From assembly GCA_039930645.1 (NCBI GenBank), contig JBDTTJ010000003.1, forward strand, positions 1 through 41,610: 41,610 nucleotides of DNA, read 5' to 3'. The notes beneath the pieces are model-generated. The model saw only the letters and a list, made by a program, of their open reading frames with translations. It was not told the DNA's origin and ran no database searches. Below, one piece after another: positions 25,255 through 36,500 of the stretch; the first letter of the stretch is position 1; every line of letters begins with the position of its first letter. This DNA is from Acidobacteriota bacterium (GTDB lineage Bacteria > Acidobacteriota > Thermoanaerobaculia > UBA5066). Both the position numbers and the translations under genes were made by a program.

Positions 25255-28200
25255 TCAGCGCGGGAGGTCGATCACGACGAGGCGGCCCTCGAAGTCCGCG
25301 ACGGCGAGCCGGCCGCCCGGGAGCAGCGCCACTCCCGAGGGGTGCTCGAAGCGCCGGCCCTCGGGCTGGTCCTTCCCACGGATGGTCGTGACGAGCTTTC
25401 CATCGGGCGTGTAGCCGCGGACCTCGCCGTCGAGCGGCACCGAGACCCAGACGCGGCCCGACGCGTCGACGGCGAGGTACGGCTCGCTCATCACCTGCCG
25501 CCTCCAGCCCGCCACGTCGAACGCGCGCACGAACGAGCCGTCCTTCGCGAAGACCGCGACGCGCCCGTTGCCGTTGTCGGCGACGTAGAGGAGGCCGTCC
25601 TTGCCGAGCGCGAGGCCCTGCGGTTCGGCGAGCTTGCCCGGGCCCGGCTCGCGTCCCCACGCGGCCTCCTTCAGCCCGGCCGGTCCGAACCGGACGATGC
25701 GGCTGTTGCCCGTGTCGGCCACAAAGACCGTGCCGTTGACGTCGACCGCAACGCCGCGCGGCCCGAAGAAGTCCGACGAGAACTCGCGTTGGAAGGCGCC
25801 CTTGTCGTCGAACACCTGGATGCGGCTGTTCCAGGTGTCCGCGACGTAGAGCAGGCCCCTCGCGTCCACGACGACCGCGCAGGGGTCCCGGAACTCGCCG
25901 GGGCCGGAGCCGAGCGAACCGATCGAGAAGAGCGGCGACAGATCGGGCTTGAGCGCCTGCACGCGCACGTTGCCGAAGTCGGCGACGTAGACGTTTCCCT
26001 TCGCGTCCGACGCGAGGCCGCGCGGCTGGCGGACCTGCCCGGCGGGCTGCTGCGCGGGCGCGGCGGCCGGGGCGCCCGCTGGCCGGGCCGGCAGCTCCTC
26101 GACCTTGAGCGGCGGCGTCGCCGCGCCGGGCGCGAACGCGCCCTTCACGGCGAAGAGGGTCACCTCGGGGTTCCGGTAGACGGGTGTCAGGAGGTCCGAG
26201 AAGCCGCCGAAGCGGGCGAGGATCCCGGCGCCGTAAGTCTTTCTCTCGAGCGGCCCCACGGCCACGAGCGCGACGTGGTAGCGCCGGAGGATGGCCGCCA
26301 CCTCGTCCGGCGCGAGCGCCGTGTACGCCGCTTTCACGTCGGCCTTGCGGCGGTCGATCTCGGGCTGGCTGTGGCCGCGCTGGAACGTGTGGTACTCCCA
26401 GCCGAGGACGGTCGGGAGCCCCGTCATCATCGAGTAGCGCGAGAAGTCCTGGTACGCGTCGCCCTGCGCCTCGAGGATGACGGGGACGCCGCGCACGTTC
26501 GCGTTGATCCACTCGTACGCACCCCGGTCTCCCGGCGCCTTCGACTCGAGATACGCCGTCCCGTCGAGCGTCGCCCGCGGCCAGTCTTCGCGGGGAGCGT
26601 TGCGCAGGTAGCCGGGCAGGGCCGTCGCCGCCGTGAACAGGACGGCCGCGAAGGCAATTGCAACCGCCGATTTCCAGAGCGGGCCGCCGGCCGTCCGGAG
26701 GAGCCGCCACGCGGCCGCACTCGCCACCGCGAAGAAAAACCACACCTCGAGATGGAACTTGAAGATCGTGTTCATCCGGTCCCACACGTAGATGACCTCG
26801 CACCCCGTGAGGACGAGGAACCCGAACGCCGCGAGCGCGCAGGCGAGGCGAACCTCACGGCTCGCGCCGGGGCGCAGGGCCGCCCACGCGGCCGCCGCGC
26901 ACGCGAGCGCCGTGAACCCGCGGATCGACGCCGCCTGGTCGAGATGCCAGGGCTTCAGCGTGAGAGAGAGGAGGGACAGAGGGAGCAGGGCCGCGAGGAT
27001 TCCGCGGACGGTGCGCGCCGCGCGTCCGGGAGGCGGATCGCCCTGCCGGAGGGCCGTGAACACGAACGGCACGAGGAGCGCGAGGAAGAACGCCCACACG
27101 TTGAAAAAGTCCCACGGCGAGGCGAACGGCCCGACCTCGCGCCCCCAGTTGCGGGGCGGGGGCGTGAAGTGCGCCCAGAACGGGCGGGCGAGGCCGTACG
27201 CCACGACCGCGGCGCCCGCGATGGGGAGCGCGACACCGCGCAGGAAGCCGGGGAGGGACGCGGCGGCCCCGCCGGGGCGCGCCAGGACGTACGCGGCGAA
27301 AGGGACGAAGACGAGCGCGCAGGCGTACGTCGGCACGGCCCACCCGTTCGTGATCTGGATGGCGGCGAGGAGGAGGCCGAGGAGTCCGATCGTCGCGGCT
27401 TCCTCGCGCGGCGTCGGGACCGCGTCGCGCGTCGCGGCGAAGAGAAGGAGCGCGAGGAACGCGGTCGTGAACGGCATCGCGAGGGCGTGCGCGTGGAGGT
27501 CGGCGAAGAGGAACGTCCACAGCGGGTACTCGCTGATCCCGTTCGGCCCGATGACGCGCGACGTGGCCCAGAAGTAGTGCCAGTCGAGCGGCTGGCCCGC
27601 CTTCCACCGAAGGACGGCTTCCCGCACGCCCGACGGCGGCGCGGCGAACATCGCGAGGAGCGTGGCGACCGCGCCGGCCCGGAGGCGTCCGCCCAGCGCC
27701 GACCCGGCCGCGAGCACGCCGCACGCGGTGAGGCTCGCGACGCCCGCGATCCCGAGGTTGAAGAGGAGCCCGGGGTGGATGCCGAGGAGCTTGCCGATCG
27801 CGGCGAGCCCGTAGTGCCCGAAGTACGTGTAGGAGAGCGTCGAGCCCGCGAGCCACGGCTCGGGCGGCGGCAGGGTGGTCGACCGGAGGAGCGCGTTCAG
27901 GAACGCGAAGTCCATGGGCTTCTCGCCCGAGAAGATCTCGGGAGTGGCGGCGCGGAACGCGAGGAAGAAGAGGAACGTTCCCCACGCGACGAGCTCCGTC
28001 TTCCATCGCTCGGCGGCGGGCGCCGCGAACGGCCGGCGGCGCGCGAGAGCCCAGGCGCCGGCGCCGAGGGCCGCCGCCCACGCCAGGAGCAGCGGCCGCC
28101 CGAACGGCGCCCAGCGCCAGGACACGAGGAGCCACGACCCGAACGCGAAGAAGAGGACGCCGCACGTCTTCCCGAGCGCGTAGAGGCCGGGGCGCTCCGG

Positions 28201-30036
28201 CAGTGCGGCGGCGAGGAGCGCGTAGCCGGCGAGGCCGAGAAGCTCGAGGAAGCCCGCGAAGAGGAGGAGCGCGGCGGGCCCGGATCTCAGCCCGGGCAGG
28301 CCCGGGCCCGGGCCTGCCTCCGCGGCGGCGCGCGCGGAGGCCGAGGGCTCGGCCAGCAGGAGGTCGTTGCGCGAGAGCGCACGCGACGGCGTGCGCGTCA
28401 GGAGCCGCGCCTCGATCTCGCCCGCCCCGAGCTTCTCGCGGTTCTCGAAGAGGAGGATCTTCGGGTGGTCGTACACGCTCAGGGACTCGTCCGCGAGCTC
28501 GTCCGGAAGCTCGAGGCCGAAGAGCGCCGGGCGCGATGCGAAGGACCGCGTGAGCGTGAACCCGAGGTCGCCGGCGAACAAAAGGCGGAACGCGCGGTTC
28601 GTGAGCGGAAACTTGTCCGGCGCCCGCGTCACGGCCCCGTAGAGCCGCTTCGTCTGGAGGACGACGCGGTCCGCGGCCGCCAGCTCCTTCGCGAGCTTCG
28701 CCATTTTCGCGGGCGAGTCCGGCTCGTAAAACCCGAACATCACGATCGGGTAGCGCTCGGCAGGCGAGCCGGGGAACGAGAACGGGAAGCCCTCGTCCCA
28801 GTCCTGCTCGAGGACGCGCGTCCCCTCGGGCACGTTCTCGTGGAACCAGCGCGAGGCCGTGACCGCGCTGTGGGGGCGCGTGTAGATCGCGAGGAACGCG
28901 AGCGTCCAGACGGCGGCGCCCGCGGCGACGGCGGCCCGGAGGATCCGCCCCGCGCGGGACGCGGCGGCCTTTTCGGTCAGCCACGCGGCCGTCCAGAGCG
29001 CGAGGATCGGGTAGACGGGCAGAAGGTACCGGGGGAACTTCACCTCGAACGTGCAGGTGATGAGGACGTACGGCACGAGGAACGACGCGAGCACCCACTC
29101 TCCAGGCCGGAAGCGGCGGAAGGACGCGAGCTTCGAGCCCGCGGCCCACAGCGCGGCGATCCCGAAAAGCGGCCCCAGCGTCCAGAGGACCAGTTCCTTG
29201 CCTTCGGTGAGGAAATGGGGGAGGCCGACGTACTGGTTCGTGTACGGCAGGAGGCCCGCGTGGCGGACCATCGCTCCCTGCTCGGAGATCGAGCGCCAGA
29301 ACTCGCGGAAGTCGAGGAACGCGTACGGCTCGCCGAGCGCGAACGCTCCGAGCGCCGCGGCGAACGCGAGGGCCGTGAGGGAAACGCCGCGGCCCCAGCG
29401 CCGCGAGGCGCCGGCGGACAGGAAGGCCGCCAGAGCGAGAGGCGCGAGGAGGGGCGCCGCGCTCGCCTTCGTCGCGAGGGCAAGGCCCGTCGCGGCGCCG
29501 GCGAAGAGCGCGTCGCGCGCGCGGCCGCGGTTCGCGAAACGCGAATCGCAGACGAGGGCGAGGAGGACCATGAACGTGAGCGCGACGTCCGTCGCCGCGA
29601 AATGGGAGGTCTGGACGTGCAGGACCGAGCACGCGAGGAGCCCGCCCGCGAGGAGACCGGCGGCCTCGCCGTACCAGCGCCTGCCGAGAAGCGCGACGAG
29701 GACGCACGTGAGAGCGCCCCAGAGCGCGGAGAGGAACCGCCCGACGTGGATGACGCCGTCGTAGGACGCGAACCATTCGCGCCGGGTCACCGCCGCGAGC
29801 GCCGAGGACGCGGCGCGCGTCACGTAGAACGGGAACGAGCCGTACGCGAAGAAGTGCGGGTTGAGCTGCGGCGGGAAGAACGAGAGGTGCACGATCGCCT
29901 CGCCGATCGCGCGCTCGTCGGGATGGAAGAAATGGTTCTGGTCGAAGTCCAGCCCCACGACGCGCACGGTGGCGGCCAGGAGGAAGACGACGGCGAGCCC
30001 GCGTCGGAAGTTCAGGGCGGGTCCTCGTGTCGACAT
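25255..30036 (-). CDS. Triple fusion: PMT-like GT-C domain, DUF2298 domain and six-bladed NHL propeller (1593 aa)
   Basis: N-terminal HPDERAI..NPHFFAYGSFP..SHFAATD..VKFPRY..VYDHPK; middle GEKPMDFAFLN, ISEYPLWTFLFADLHAH, RMNTIFK, VLGWEYHTFQRG; C-terminal repeats such as PRGLASD..VYVADFGN, YVADTWNSRIQVF, FGPRGVAVD..VADTGNSRI. Confidence 0.9.
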   Translation of the reverse strand: MSTRGPALNFRRGLAVVFLLAATVRVVGLDFDQNHFFHPDERAIGEAIVHLSFFPPQLNPHFFAYGSFPFYVTRAASSALAAVTRREWFASYDGVIHVGRFLSALWGALTCVLVALLGRRWYGEAAGLLAGGLLACSVLHVQTSHFAATDVALTFMVLLALVCDSRFANRGRARDALFAGAATGLALATKASAAPLLAPLALAAFLSAGASRRWGRGVSLTALAFAAALGAFALGEPYAFLDFREFWRSISEQGAMVRHAGLLPYTNQYVGLPHFLTEGKELVLWTLGPLFGIAALWAAGSKLASFRRFRPGEWVLASFLVPYVLITCTFEVKFPRYLLPVYPILALWTAAWLTEKAAASRAGRILRAAVAAGAAVWTLAFLAIYTRPHSAVTASRWFHENVPEGTRVLEQDWDEGFPFSFPGSPAERYPIVMFGFYEPDSPAKMAKLAKELAAADRVVLQTKRLYGAVTRAPDKFPLTNRAFRLLFAGDLGFTLTRSFASRPALFGLELPDELADESLSVYDHPKILLFENREKLGAGEIEARLLTRTPSRALSRNDLLLAEPSASARAAAEAGPGPGLPGLRSGPAALLLFAGFLELLGLAGYALLAAALPERPGLYALGKTCGVLFFAFGSWLLVSWRWAPFGRPLLLAWAAALGAGAWALARRRPFAAPAAERWKTELVAWGTFLFFLAFRAATPEIFSGEKPMDFAFLNALLRSTTLPPPEPWLAGSTLSYTYFGHYGLAAIGKLLGIHPGLLFNLGIAGVASLTACGVLAAGSALGGRLRAGAVATLLAMFAAPPSGVREAVLRWKAGQPLDWHYFWATSRVIGPNGISEYPLWTFLFADLHAHALAMPFTTAFLALLLFAATRDAVPTPREEAATIGLLGLLLAAIQITNGWAVPTYACALVFVPFAAYVLARPGGAAASLPGFLRGVALPIAGAAVVAYGLARPFWAHFTPPPRNWGREVGPFASPWDFFNVWAFFLALLVPFVFTALRQGDPPPGRAARTVRGILAALLPLSLLSLTLKPWHLDQAASIRGFTALACAAAAWAALRPGASREVRLACALAAFGFLVLTGCEVIYVWDRMNTIFKFHLEVWFFFAVASAAAWRLLRTAGGPLWKSAVAIAFAAVLFTAATALPGYLRNAPREDWPRATLDGTAYLESKAPGDRGAYEWINANVRGVPVILEAQGDAYQDFSRYSMMTGLPTVLGWEYHTFQRGHSQPEIDRRKADVKAAYTALAPDEVAAILRRYHVALVAVGPLERKTYGAGILARFGGFSDLLTPVYRNPEVTLFAVKGAFAPGAATPPLKVEELPARPAGAPAAAPAQQPAGQVRQPRGLASDAKGNVYVADFGNVRVQALKPDLSPLFSIGSLGSGPGEFRDPCAVVVDARGLLYVADTWNSRIQVFDDKGAFQREFSSDFFGPRGVAVDVNGTVFVADTGNSRIVRFGPAGLKEAAWGREPGPGKLAEPQGLALGKDGLLYVADNGNGRVAVFAKDGSFVRAFDVAGWRRQVMSEPYLAVDASGRVWVSVPLDGEVRGYTPDGKLVTTIRGKDQPEGRRFEHPSGVALLPGGRLAVADFEGRLVVIDLPR

Positions 30037-30101
30037 GGAGAGTTCGGCCGATTATCGGCGAGGCGCCGCGTCGGCGAAAGCCTGTGCTACCTTGAATCCC
30101 C

Positions 30102-32927
30102 GTGATCCAACCGGCGGCGGCGCTGCTCTCCCGGCCGCGTCTCGCGTGCGCGGCGGCCCTCGGGCTCGCGGCGGCGGGCGAGGCCGTGGTCCGGACGGGC
30201 CATGCGTGGTACGCGGGTGCGGCGCTCACGCTCCTGGGAGCGCTCCTCCTCGCGCCCGGTGCGTGGCCGGCGCCCGGGCCGGCCGGCGCAGCGGTCGCGG
30301 CCTCGCGGGGCGGGCGCCTCCTCGCGGGGTTCGCGGCGCTGGCGGCCGCCTCGGGGGCCGCGTCGGCGCTCTTCCTCTGGCGGGAGGCCGAAGGACCGGC
30401 CTTCACGTTCTGGCGTCTCTCGCTTGCGGCCCTGCTCGCCGCGGCCGTTTCCGCGGGGCGCGGCCTCGACGTGCCGGAGCGCTGGGGCGCGGCGCGGCTT
30501 CCGGCCGGCCGCGCCCCGCGACTCGCGCTCTTCGGCTTCGCCGTCGCGCTCTTCGCCGGGGCCGCCTGGGTGCGGTTCTGGAATCTCTCCCGCGTCCCGT
30601 TTGGCGTCAACCCGGACGAGGGCGACCAGGCCGCGCTCGCGATGCAGATCGCGGGAGGCTTCAACGCGGACGGGTGGTTCGCCTACGGCTGGTACCACCT
30701 GAGCATGGTGTATTTCAAGCTGCTCGCCGCCGTCATGTCGGTGGCCGGGCTGGACGTGGCGGGCGCGCGCGTCTTCGGCGCCCTCTGCGGGCTCACGACG
30801 GTCGCCGTCGTCACGGTCCTCGCGATCCGGCACTTCGGCTGGCGCGCCGGGCTCCTCGCGGGGACCCTCCTCTCCTTCATGGGCGGCGCGATCCAGTTCT
30901 CGCGCGTGACGACCGTTGCCGCGCCCACGCAGACGCTCTGGGCCCTGAGCGCGGCGGGGTTCCTCGAGGCGGCGCGCAGGGGCCGCGCGTGGGCCTGGGG
31001 ACTCGCCGGCGCCGCTGGCGGCCTGTCGATCTTTTTCTACCCGACCGGCCGGCTCTGGTGCCTCCTCGCAATCCCGTTCTCGGTCGCCGTCGTCCTCCGC
31101 GCGTCGCGCGAGACCCGCGCGCGGACCGCGGCCGGCGTGGCCTTCTCGGCGGTCGCGGCGCTCGCGTCGGCCGGGCCGTTCCTCGTCGGGGCCGTGAAGA
31201 ACCCGGGCGAGTTCACGGTCCGGGCGAGGGAGACGACGATCTTCATCCGAGAGAACACCGAGCGCCTGCCGTACGTCCGCCCGGAGTGGGGCACCGTGCG
31301 GCTCCTCGTCGCGCAGGTCGAGCACGGGATCGGCTTCTTCAATCGCTACGTGGACCAGAACATCGTCTGGCCGACCGACCGGCCGCTCTTCCCGCCCGTT
31401 TTCGCCGCGCTCGTGCTTCTCGGACTCCTCGCCGCGATGGCGCGCGCGCGCGACACGCGGCTTCTGCTCCTCGGCCTCTGGTTCTGGGCGGGCTTCATCG
31501 GCGTGATCGTCACCGTCGAGACGCCGAACATGCACCGCTCGGCGACGGCCCTCCCGGTCCTGCCGCTCTTCGCGGCGCTCGTCCTCGACGAGGCGGCGCG
31601 GCGTTTCGGCCCGGCGTCGGGGCGGGCGAGGACCGCGGCGACGGCCGCGGCCGCCGTCGTCGTGGCCTTCTGCGCCGCGACCGAGCTCGCGTACTACTTC
31701 GGGCCGTACGCGAAGCTGGACCGCTGGCCGTTCACGAACGTCGAGGGCGCGACGGTCGCGGAGGCCGGCGCCGGCGGCTGGGCGCTGACCGTCGGAAACG
31801 ACGCCCACATGGTGAACTCCGGCTGGGTGCGCCTGCTCGCACCCCGCGCGCACCGGATGGGCGTCGCGACGCCGGGCATCGCCCTCCCGCTCGCGATCCC
31901 CGCGGTGCGCGACCTCTCGTTCCTCGTCTACTCGCGGCAGCGTTACTACCTTCCGTACCTGAGGAGCGTCTACCCGGGCGGCGCGACGCGCGAGGCGCGG
32001 CACTTCCCGAACGAGCTCGTCGTGACCGAATACCGCGTCCCGCTCGCCGCATGGGCGGCGGGGCGCGGAGCGCTCGTGTCGGTCGCCGGGGGGCCGCCGG
32101 TGCGCGTGGACGCGATCGGCGACGCGCCACCCGGCGCCGCCGGGCGGGTGCGGGGGGCGAGGATCGCCCGGTGGAGCGCGGCCCTGCGCGTCCCACGCTA
32201 CGGAAACGTTCTCTTCTCGATCGCGGACGGCGTCCTCGCCGTGGACGGACGCGAGATCCTGCGCACCAGGGGTGGAGCTCGCGAGGCCCTGGTCGCGCTG
32301 CCGGAAGGGGACCACCGCGTCGAGCTGACCGCGCCTCTCGGGGGAGGCGCGGCGACGTTTCTCTGGCGGCCGGAGGGCGAGAGAGCGCTCCGGAGGACGC
32401 GCGCGACCGAGCTCCAGGCGGTGGACGGTCCGGCACAGGGACTCCTCGGGACGTACACGCATCCCCGGGCGGCGGTCCAGCTGCGCCTCGACGGCGCGCT
32501 CGCCGCGATGTCGCTCGGGGCGGACTTCGACTTCGACGACGCGTGGACGGCGACGTGGCGGGGCACGCTCCTCGCGCCGGGCGACGGGCCTTACGCGTTC
32601 GCCTTCTTCACGCACGGGGGGACGGTCGCGATGACGCTCGACGGCGGATCCCCCCGACGATCGGACGGCGACGGCGAGAAGCTCACCCGCTTCGAGGCCG
32701 TGCCGCTCGCCCGCGGCCCCCACGCGGTGGAGATCACGTACCGGGTCGTCCACAGGCCCGCCGCCATCGACTGGACCTGGACCCCCCCAGGCGGGGACGA
32801 GTCCGTCGTGCCGCCGTCCGCGCTCCGGCCTCCCGCCGACGCCGGGCCGCGGCCGCCGCTCTCGACCGACGATCTCGCGGCGCTGCGCCTGCGGCGGCGC
32901 AGCCCGCCGTTCCTCTTCATCCCCTGA
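30102..32927 (+). CDS. GT39/PMT-like GT-C glycosyltransferase with C-terminal PA14-like domain(s)
   Basis: RFWNLSRVPFGVNPDEGD, GARVFGALCGLTT, AIQFSRV, PNMHRS; C-terminal GLLGTY..WTATWRGTLLAPGDGPYAF..MTLDG..LARGPHAVEITY..WTPPGG..VVP. TACCTT 8 nt before GTG 30102. Confidence 0.87.
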   Translation: MIQPAAALLSRPRLACAAALGLAAAGEAVVRTGHAWYAGAALTLLGALLLAPGAWPAPGPAGAAVAASRGGRLLAGFAALAAASGAASALFLWREAEGPAFTFWRLSLAALLAAAVSAGRGLDVPERWGAARLPAGRAPRLALFGFAVALFAGAAWVRFWNLSRVPFGVNPDEGDQAALAMQIAGGFNADGWFAYGWYHLSMVYFKLLAAVMSVAGLDVAGARVFGALCGLTTVAVVTVLAIRHFGWRAGLLAGTLLSFMGGAIQFSRVTTVAAPTQTLWALSAAGFLEAARRGRAWAWGLAGAAGGLSIFFYPTGRLWCLLAIPFSVAVVLRASRETRARTAAGVAFSAVAALASAGPFLVGAVKNPGEFTVRARETTIFIRENTERLPYVRPEWGTVRLLVAQVEHGIGFFNRYVDQNIVWPTDRPLFPPVFAALVLLGLLAAMARARDTRLLLLGLWFWAGFIGVIVTVETPNMHRSATALPVLPLFAALVLDEAARRFGPASGRARTAATAAAAVVVAFCAATELAYYFGPYAKLDRWPFTNVEGATVAEAGAGGWALTVGNDAHMVNSGWVRLLAPRAHRMGVATPGIALPLAIPAVRDLSFLVYSRQRYYLPYLRSVYPGGATREARHFPNELVVTEYRVPLAAWAAGRGALVSVAGGPPVRVDAIGDAPPGAAGRVRGARIARWSAALRVPRYGNVLFSIADGVLAVDGREILRTRGGAREALVALPEGDHRVELTAPLGGGAATFLWRPEGERALRRTRATELQAVDGPAQGLLGTYTHPRAAVQLRLDGALAAMSLGADFDFDDAWTATWRGTLLAPGDGPYAFAFFTHGGTVAMTLDGGSPRRSDGDGEKLTRFEAVPLARGPHAVEITYRVVHRPAAIDWTWTPPGGDESVVPPSALRPPADAGPRPPLSTDDLAALRLRRRSPPFLFIP

Positions 32928-32930
32928 GCG

Positions 32931-32960
32931 TTGGAAATCCCGCCGCGGGGGCGGTATCCT
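32931..32960 (+). promoter_or_regulatory. Sigma70-like promoter of the lipoprotein gene
   Basis: TTGGAA (32931-32936), 18-bp spacer, TATCCT (32955-32960). Confidence 0.45.
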
Positions 32961-33032
32961 CGGGCTGCTTCCGGCGCGCAGTCCCGACCGGTGTTCCGGC
33001 GCGGGTGCAACCTGCCGGACGGAGTCTTGGAA

Positions 33033-33560
33033 ATGAAGCTCATGCGAACGAACGTCTGGGTCCCGGCATTCGCCGCCGTCCTGTTGCTCTCGGCCTGCGG
33101 CGGCAAGAAGGAAGCTCCGAAGCCCGCCCCGGGCAGCGCCGCGGCCGCCGCGAATCCGGGCGCGGCGACCGCTCCGGCGGCCGCCGCCCCGGCGTCGGCC
33201 CCGGCGCAGATCCGGCTGGACGCCTTCCGCCTCGGTTACGCGCTCGGGCCCGACGCGCAGGTGCGCGGGGAGGGCAACACGTTCGCGAAGGGCGACAAGG
33301 TGTTCGTCTCCTACGGCATGCGGGACGCGAAGGCCGGCTCCTCGACGAAGGTCGTGTGGGTGAAGAACCCCGCCGGCACGAAGGTGAGCGAGGAGTCCAA
33401 GCCGCTGCCTCCCGATCCGGGGACGGTGAGCTTCGTGGCGGAGACCGCGACATGGGCGAACGGCGAGTACGCCGTCGAGATGTGGGTCGTCGAGCCCTCG
33501 GCCGAGCCGCGGCGGCTCGGCGTCGCGACGCTCACGGTCTCGGCGGGCCGCGGCAAGTAA
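33033..33560 (+). CDS. Lipoprotein with Ala/Pro/Ser/Thr linker and Ig-like beta domain
   Basis: GGAG at 33021; lipobox LLLSA-C GGKK; linker KPAPGSAAAAANPGAATAPAAAAPASAPAQ; TFAKGDKVFVS..KVVW..WANGEYAVEMWV. Confidence 0.82.
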   Translation: MKLMRTNVWVPAFAAVLLLSACGGKKEAPKPAPGSAAAAANPGAATAPAAAAPASAPAQIRLDAFRLGYALGPDAQVRGEGNTFAKGDKVFVSYGMRDAKAGSSTKVVWVKNPAGTKVSEESKPLPPDPGTVSFVAETATWANGEYAVEMWVVEPSAEPRRLGVATLTVSAGRGK

Positions 33561-33564
33561 CCGC

Positions 33565-36500
33565 TCAGTCGATCACGAGAATCTTCGCCCACGGGCCGCC
33601 GGCTCCCGGCAGTTCCTCCACGCGCGCCTTCGGCCACGCGGCGAGGAGCCGCGGGACGTCGACGTCGATGCGTTCGCGCGGGACGACGATGGCCTTCGGC
33701 CCGGCCACGAGCGCCGCGGCCTGCTCCAGCTCGCGGATCTCGAGGACGTGGAGCTTCCACACGAAGGGGAGCATCTCGCCGAGGCGCGGCGGGCGCTCGC
33801 CGTTCACGTTGAGCGACCAGTCCGAACGGTCCGTCGAGACGAGGTAGATCGTCCGCCCGGGGCCGAGGGTGCGCAGCCGGCGGCCGAGCGCCGTGGCTTC
33901 CCACATCGGGCGCTGCTCGGTCTCGTAGGCGACGTATCGCCTGAGGTTCGCGGCGGGGGAAAAAGACAGCGCCGCGACGGCCGTGGCCGCCAGCGCAGCC
34001 GCGCGCAGGCGCGCGTTCGGAAGGCGCAGGGCGTCGAGTACCGACGCGGCGGCCGCGCCCATGAACACGCAGGCGATGGGGAGGCTCGGAAGCATCCGCG
34101 TGTACCACGGCGGCGAGCCCGCGAACGCGCCGAGGACGAGAAGAACGAGCCCCATGTAGAGGAGCAGAAGCACGTTCAACGAGAAGCCGGCCGCGAGAGC
34201 GACGGCGACCCCGGCGACGAACAGCGCCGCCTCGGCCGTGTTGAGCGCGGGCGACATCGAGCCCTGGCTGCTCTGGTCGGGCGTCGCGAAGAACCAGCCC
34301 GCGCTCATCGCGAGCGGCCGGCCGAACGAGGCGCGGAGGCGGTCCGTGTTCACGCCGCCCTGGGGCTTGTAGACCTCGAGGGATTCCTGGGCGCGGGGCA
34401 TCGCGAGGTTCGGCAGCGCCTTCCACAGCGGCAGGAGCGGGACGATCCAGAGCAGGAAGACGAGCGCCATGAGCGGCGGCCCCGCCCAGCGCCGGGCCGT
34501 CGCGCGCGGGGAGCGCAGCGCGAGGACGAGCCCCGCGAGGAAGCAGGCGACCGGCGCGACCCGCGAGGCGGGCCAGAGGTAGAAGCACCAGCCGGCGACC
34601 CACCCGCCGAGCAGCCACCAGCCCGCGCGGTTCGTCTTCAGCGCGAGCGCGAAAAAGACGATCAGCCAGAGCCCGGCGATGGCCGAGACGCCGGTCGCGG
34701 ACATGCGGTTGAAGTGGATCCACGGGACGGCGCCCGCGAGGAAGATCGCGCCCAGGAGTCCAGCCGCGCGCGAGCGCCACACCGTGCCGAGGACGTACGT
34801 CGCGAGGACGCCGGAGATGCCGGCGAGGACGGGCCCGAGCCGGAAGCCGACTTCCGTGGGACCGGCGAGGAGAAAGCCCGTGATCTCCGGCAGGAGGCCG
34901 ATGACCGGCACGGGCACGAAGCCCGGCTGGAAGATGCTCTGGAGCCGGCCGTCGAGGAGCTCGAGCGCCGAGACGGATGTGTAGACGAAGTCGAAGTGCA
35001 CGTTCGTCGGGACGTCGACGAGGTGCGCGAAAAGGGTCACGCACGCGGCGCCGAGCGGGACGAGGACGGGCCAGTGTTCCCGCGCGGCCTCCCTGAGCCG
35101 GAGCCGCCCGCGGAACGAAGCGGCGACCATCCCGAAGACCAGCACGTGGAGGGCGGCCCAGAGGCACGCCGAGTCCGTTTCGAGCTTCGCGGAGCGCCAC
35201 CGGTAGAGGAGCGCCAGGCCTCCCGCGAGCGCGGCGGCGCCTCCGAGGAGCGCGAGGAGAAGCCTCGGGTCCTCGGCCGGCGCGGCGATCACCGCCTGCC
35301 AGTACGGGTCCTTCCGGCGCGTCGCGGCCCGGTCCCAGAGCGCCGCGGCGAGCGCGAGGGAAAAGCCGGCGAGAAGCGGAACGTCGCGCTCCGGATGGAA
35401 GTCGGCCGTGAGCTCGAGGACGCCGTTCCACGAGAGGACGAGCGCGGAGGCGTAGAGCGCGAGCGGGACGAAGGCCGCCGCCGTGGTGAGGACGCGGCGC
35501 GCGAGGGTGTCGCGGCCCGTGGCCGGCGGATCCGGCGGGGCGGGCGCTTCGGCCGAGGGACGCGCCGAGGATGCGGGCGGGCGGCCGCGCGCGAAGAAAA
35601 CCGCCGCGCCTGCGGCGGCGCCCGCGAGAAGGAACAGCGCGAACCGCGGCCACGGGAACCGCGCCGCGGACGCGCCGGCCCGCCAGCTCTCCGGCCACGC
35701 CGCTGGAGGGATTCGAACATACGAGACCGCGTAGAGGTTGCGGCCGGGCAGGAAGACGGCGCCGAGGGGGGCGAAGGGCACGCGGAAACGCGCGATCGGG
35801 CCGTCGAGGTTGGCGTGGCGGATCTCGAAGTTGTCGGAGATCCCGACGATGCCGCCCCGCGTGTCGGCGGCCAGCTTCCACGCGAGCCCCATCGGGTAGT
35901 AGCCCTTGGCCACGAGCCGGCCGTTCACGAGGATCATCCGGGTGACGGCCTCGAGATCGTGGTGCCAGAGGAGGAACGCGTTGGACGCGGGCGCCTCCGG
36001 CTCGAGCCGAAGCGAGAAGCGCGTGTGGCCCCAGCCGTCGCCGAGCTCGAGTCGCTCGAAATCCTTCGAGCCCGGCGTGCGGCGCAGGATGGGCTGCGGC
36101 TCCTCGGTGGACGAGAAGACCGTGCTCCCGTCCCCAAGGCGCGCGGCCCCGAGAAGGTGCACGCCCGGCGGCGCCTCGAAATCGGCGACCGTGGCGCCGG
36201 ACGCGTCGACCTCCGTGACGCGGAAGTCGGCGGAGAAGAGGACGTGGCCGTTCTCGAGGAGGACCGCGCGGTCCGGGTGCGGATTTCCGGCCGGGCAGAC
36301 CTGGTCGCGCGTGATGCGCCCCTCAGCGTCCAGCTCGAGGAGCCGCCCGGTGGCGCGGTCGAGGACGAGGAACCGTTCGCCGTCCACCGGTGCGAGGTGG
36401 GCCGGCTCCCCGAGCCCCGTCAGGCGGCCCACACGGCGGCCCGTCGCGTCGAAGAAGCCGATCTCGCCCGCGGGGGCGCCGGCGCCCGGGACGGGGACCG

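Noticed and set aside
25342-33847. Very long alternative ORFs (25342..30105 +, 26855..30664 -, 29861..33847 +) and similar ones over both TBDRs
   Set aside because: Arg/Gly/Ala/Pro-rich, motif-free frames expected from stop-codon scarcity in high-GC coding DNA; each overlaps a well-supported gene.
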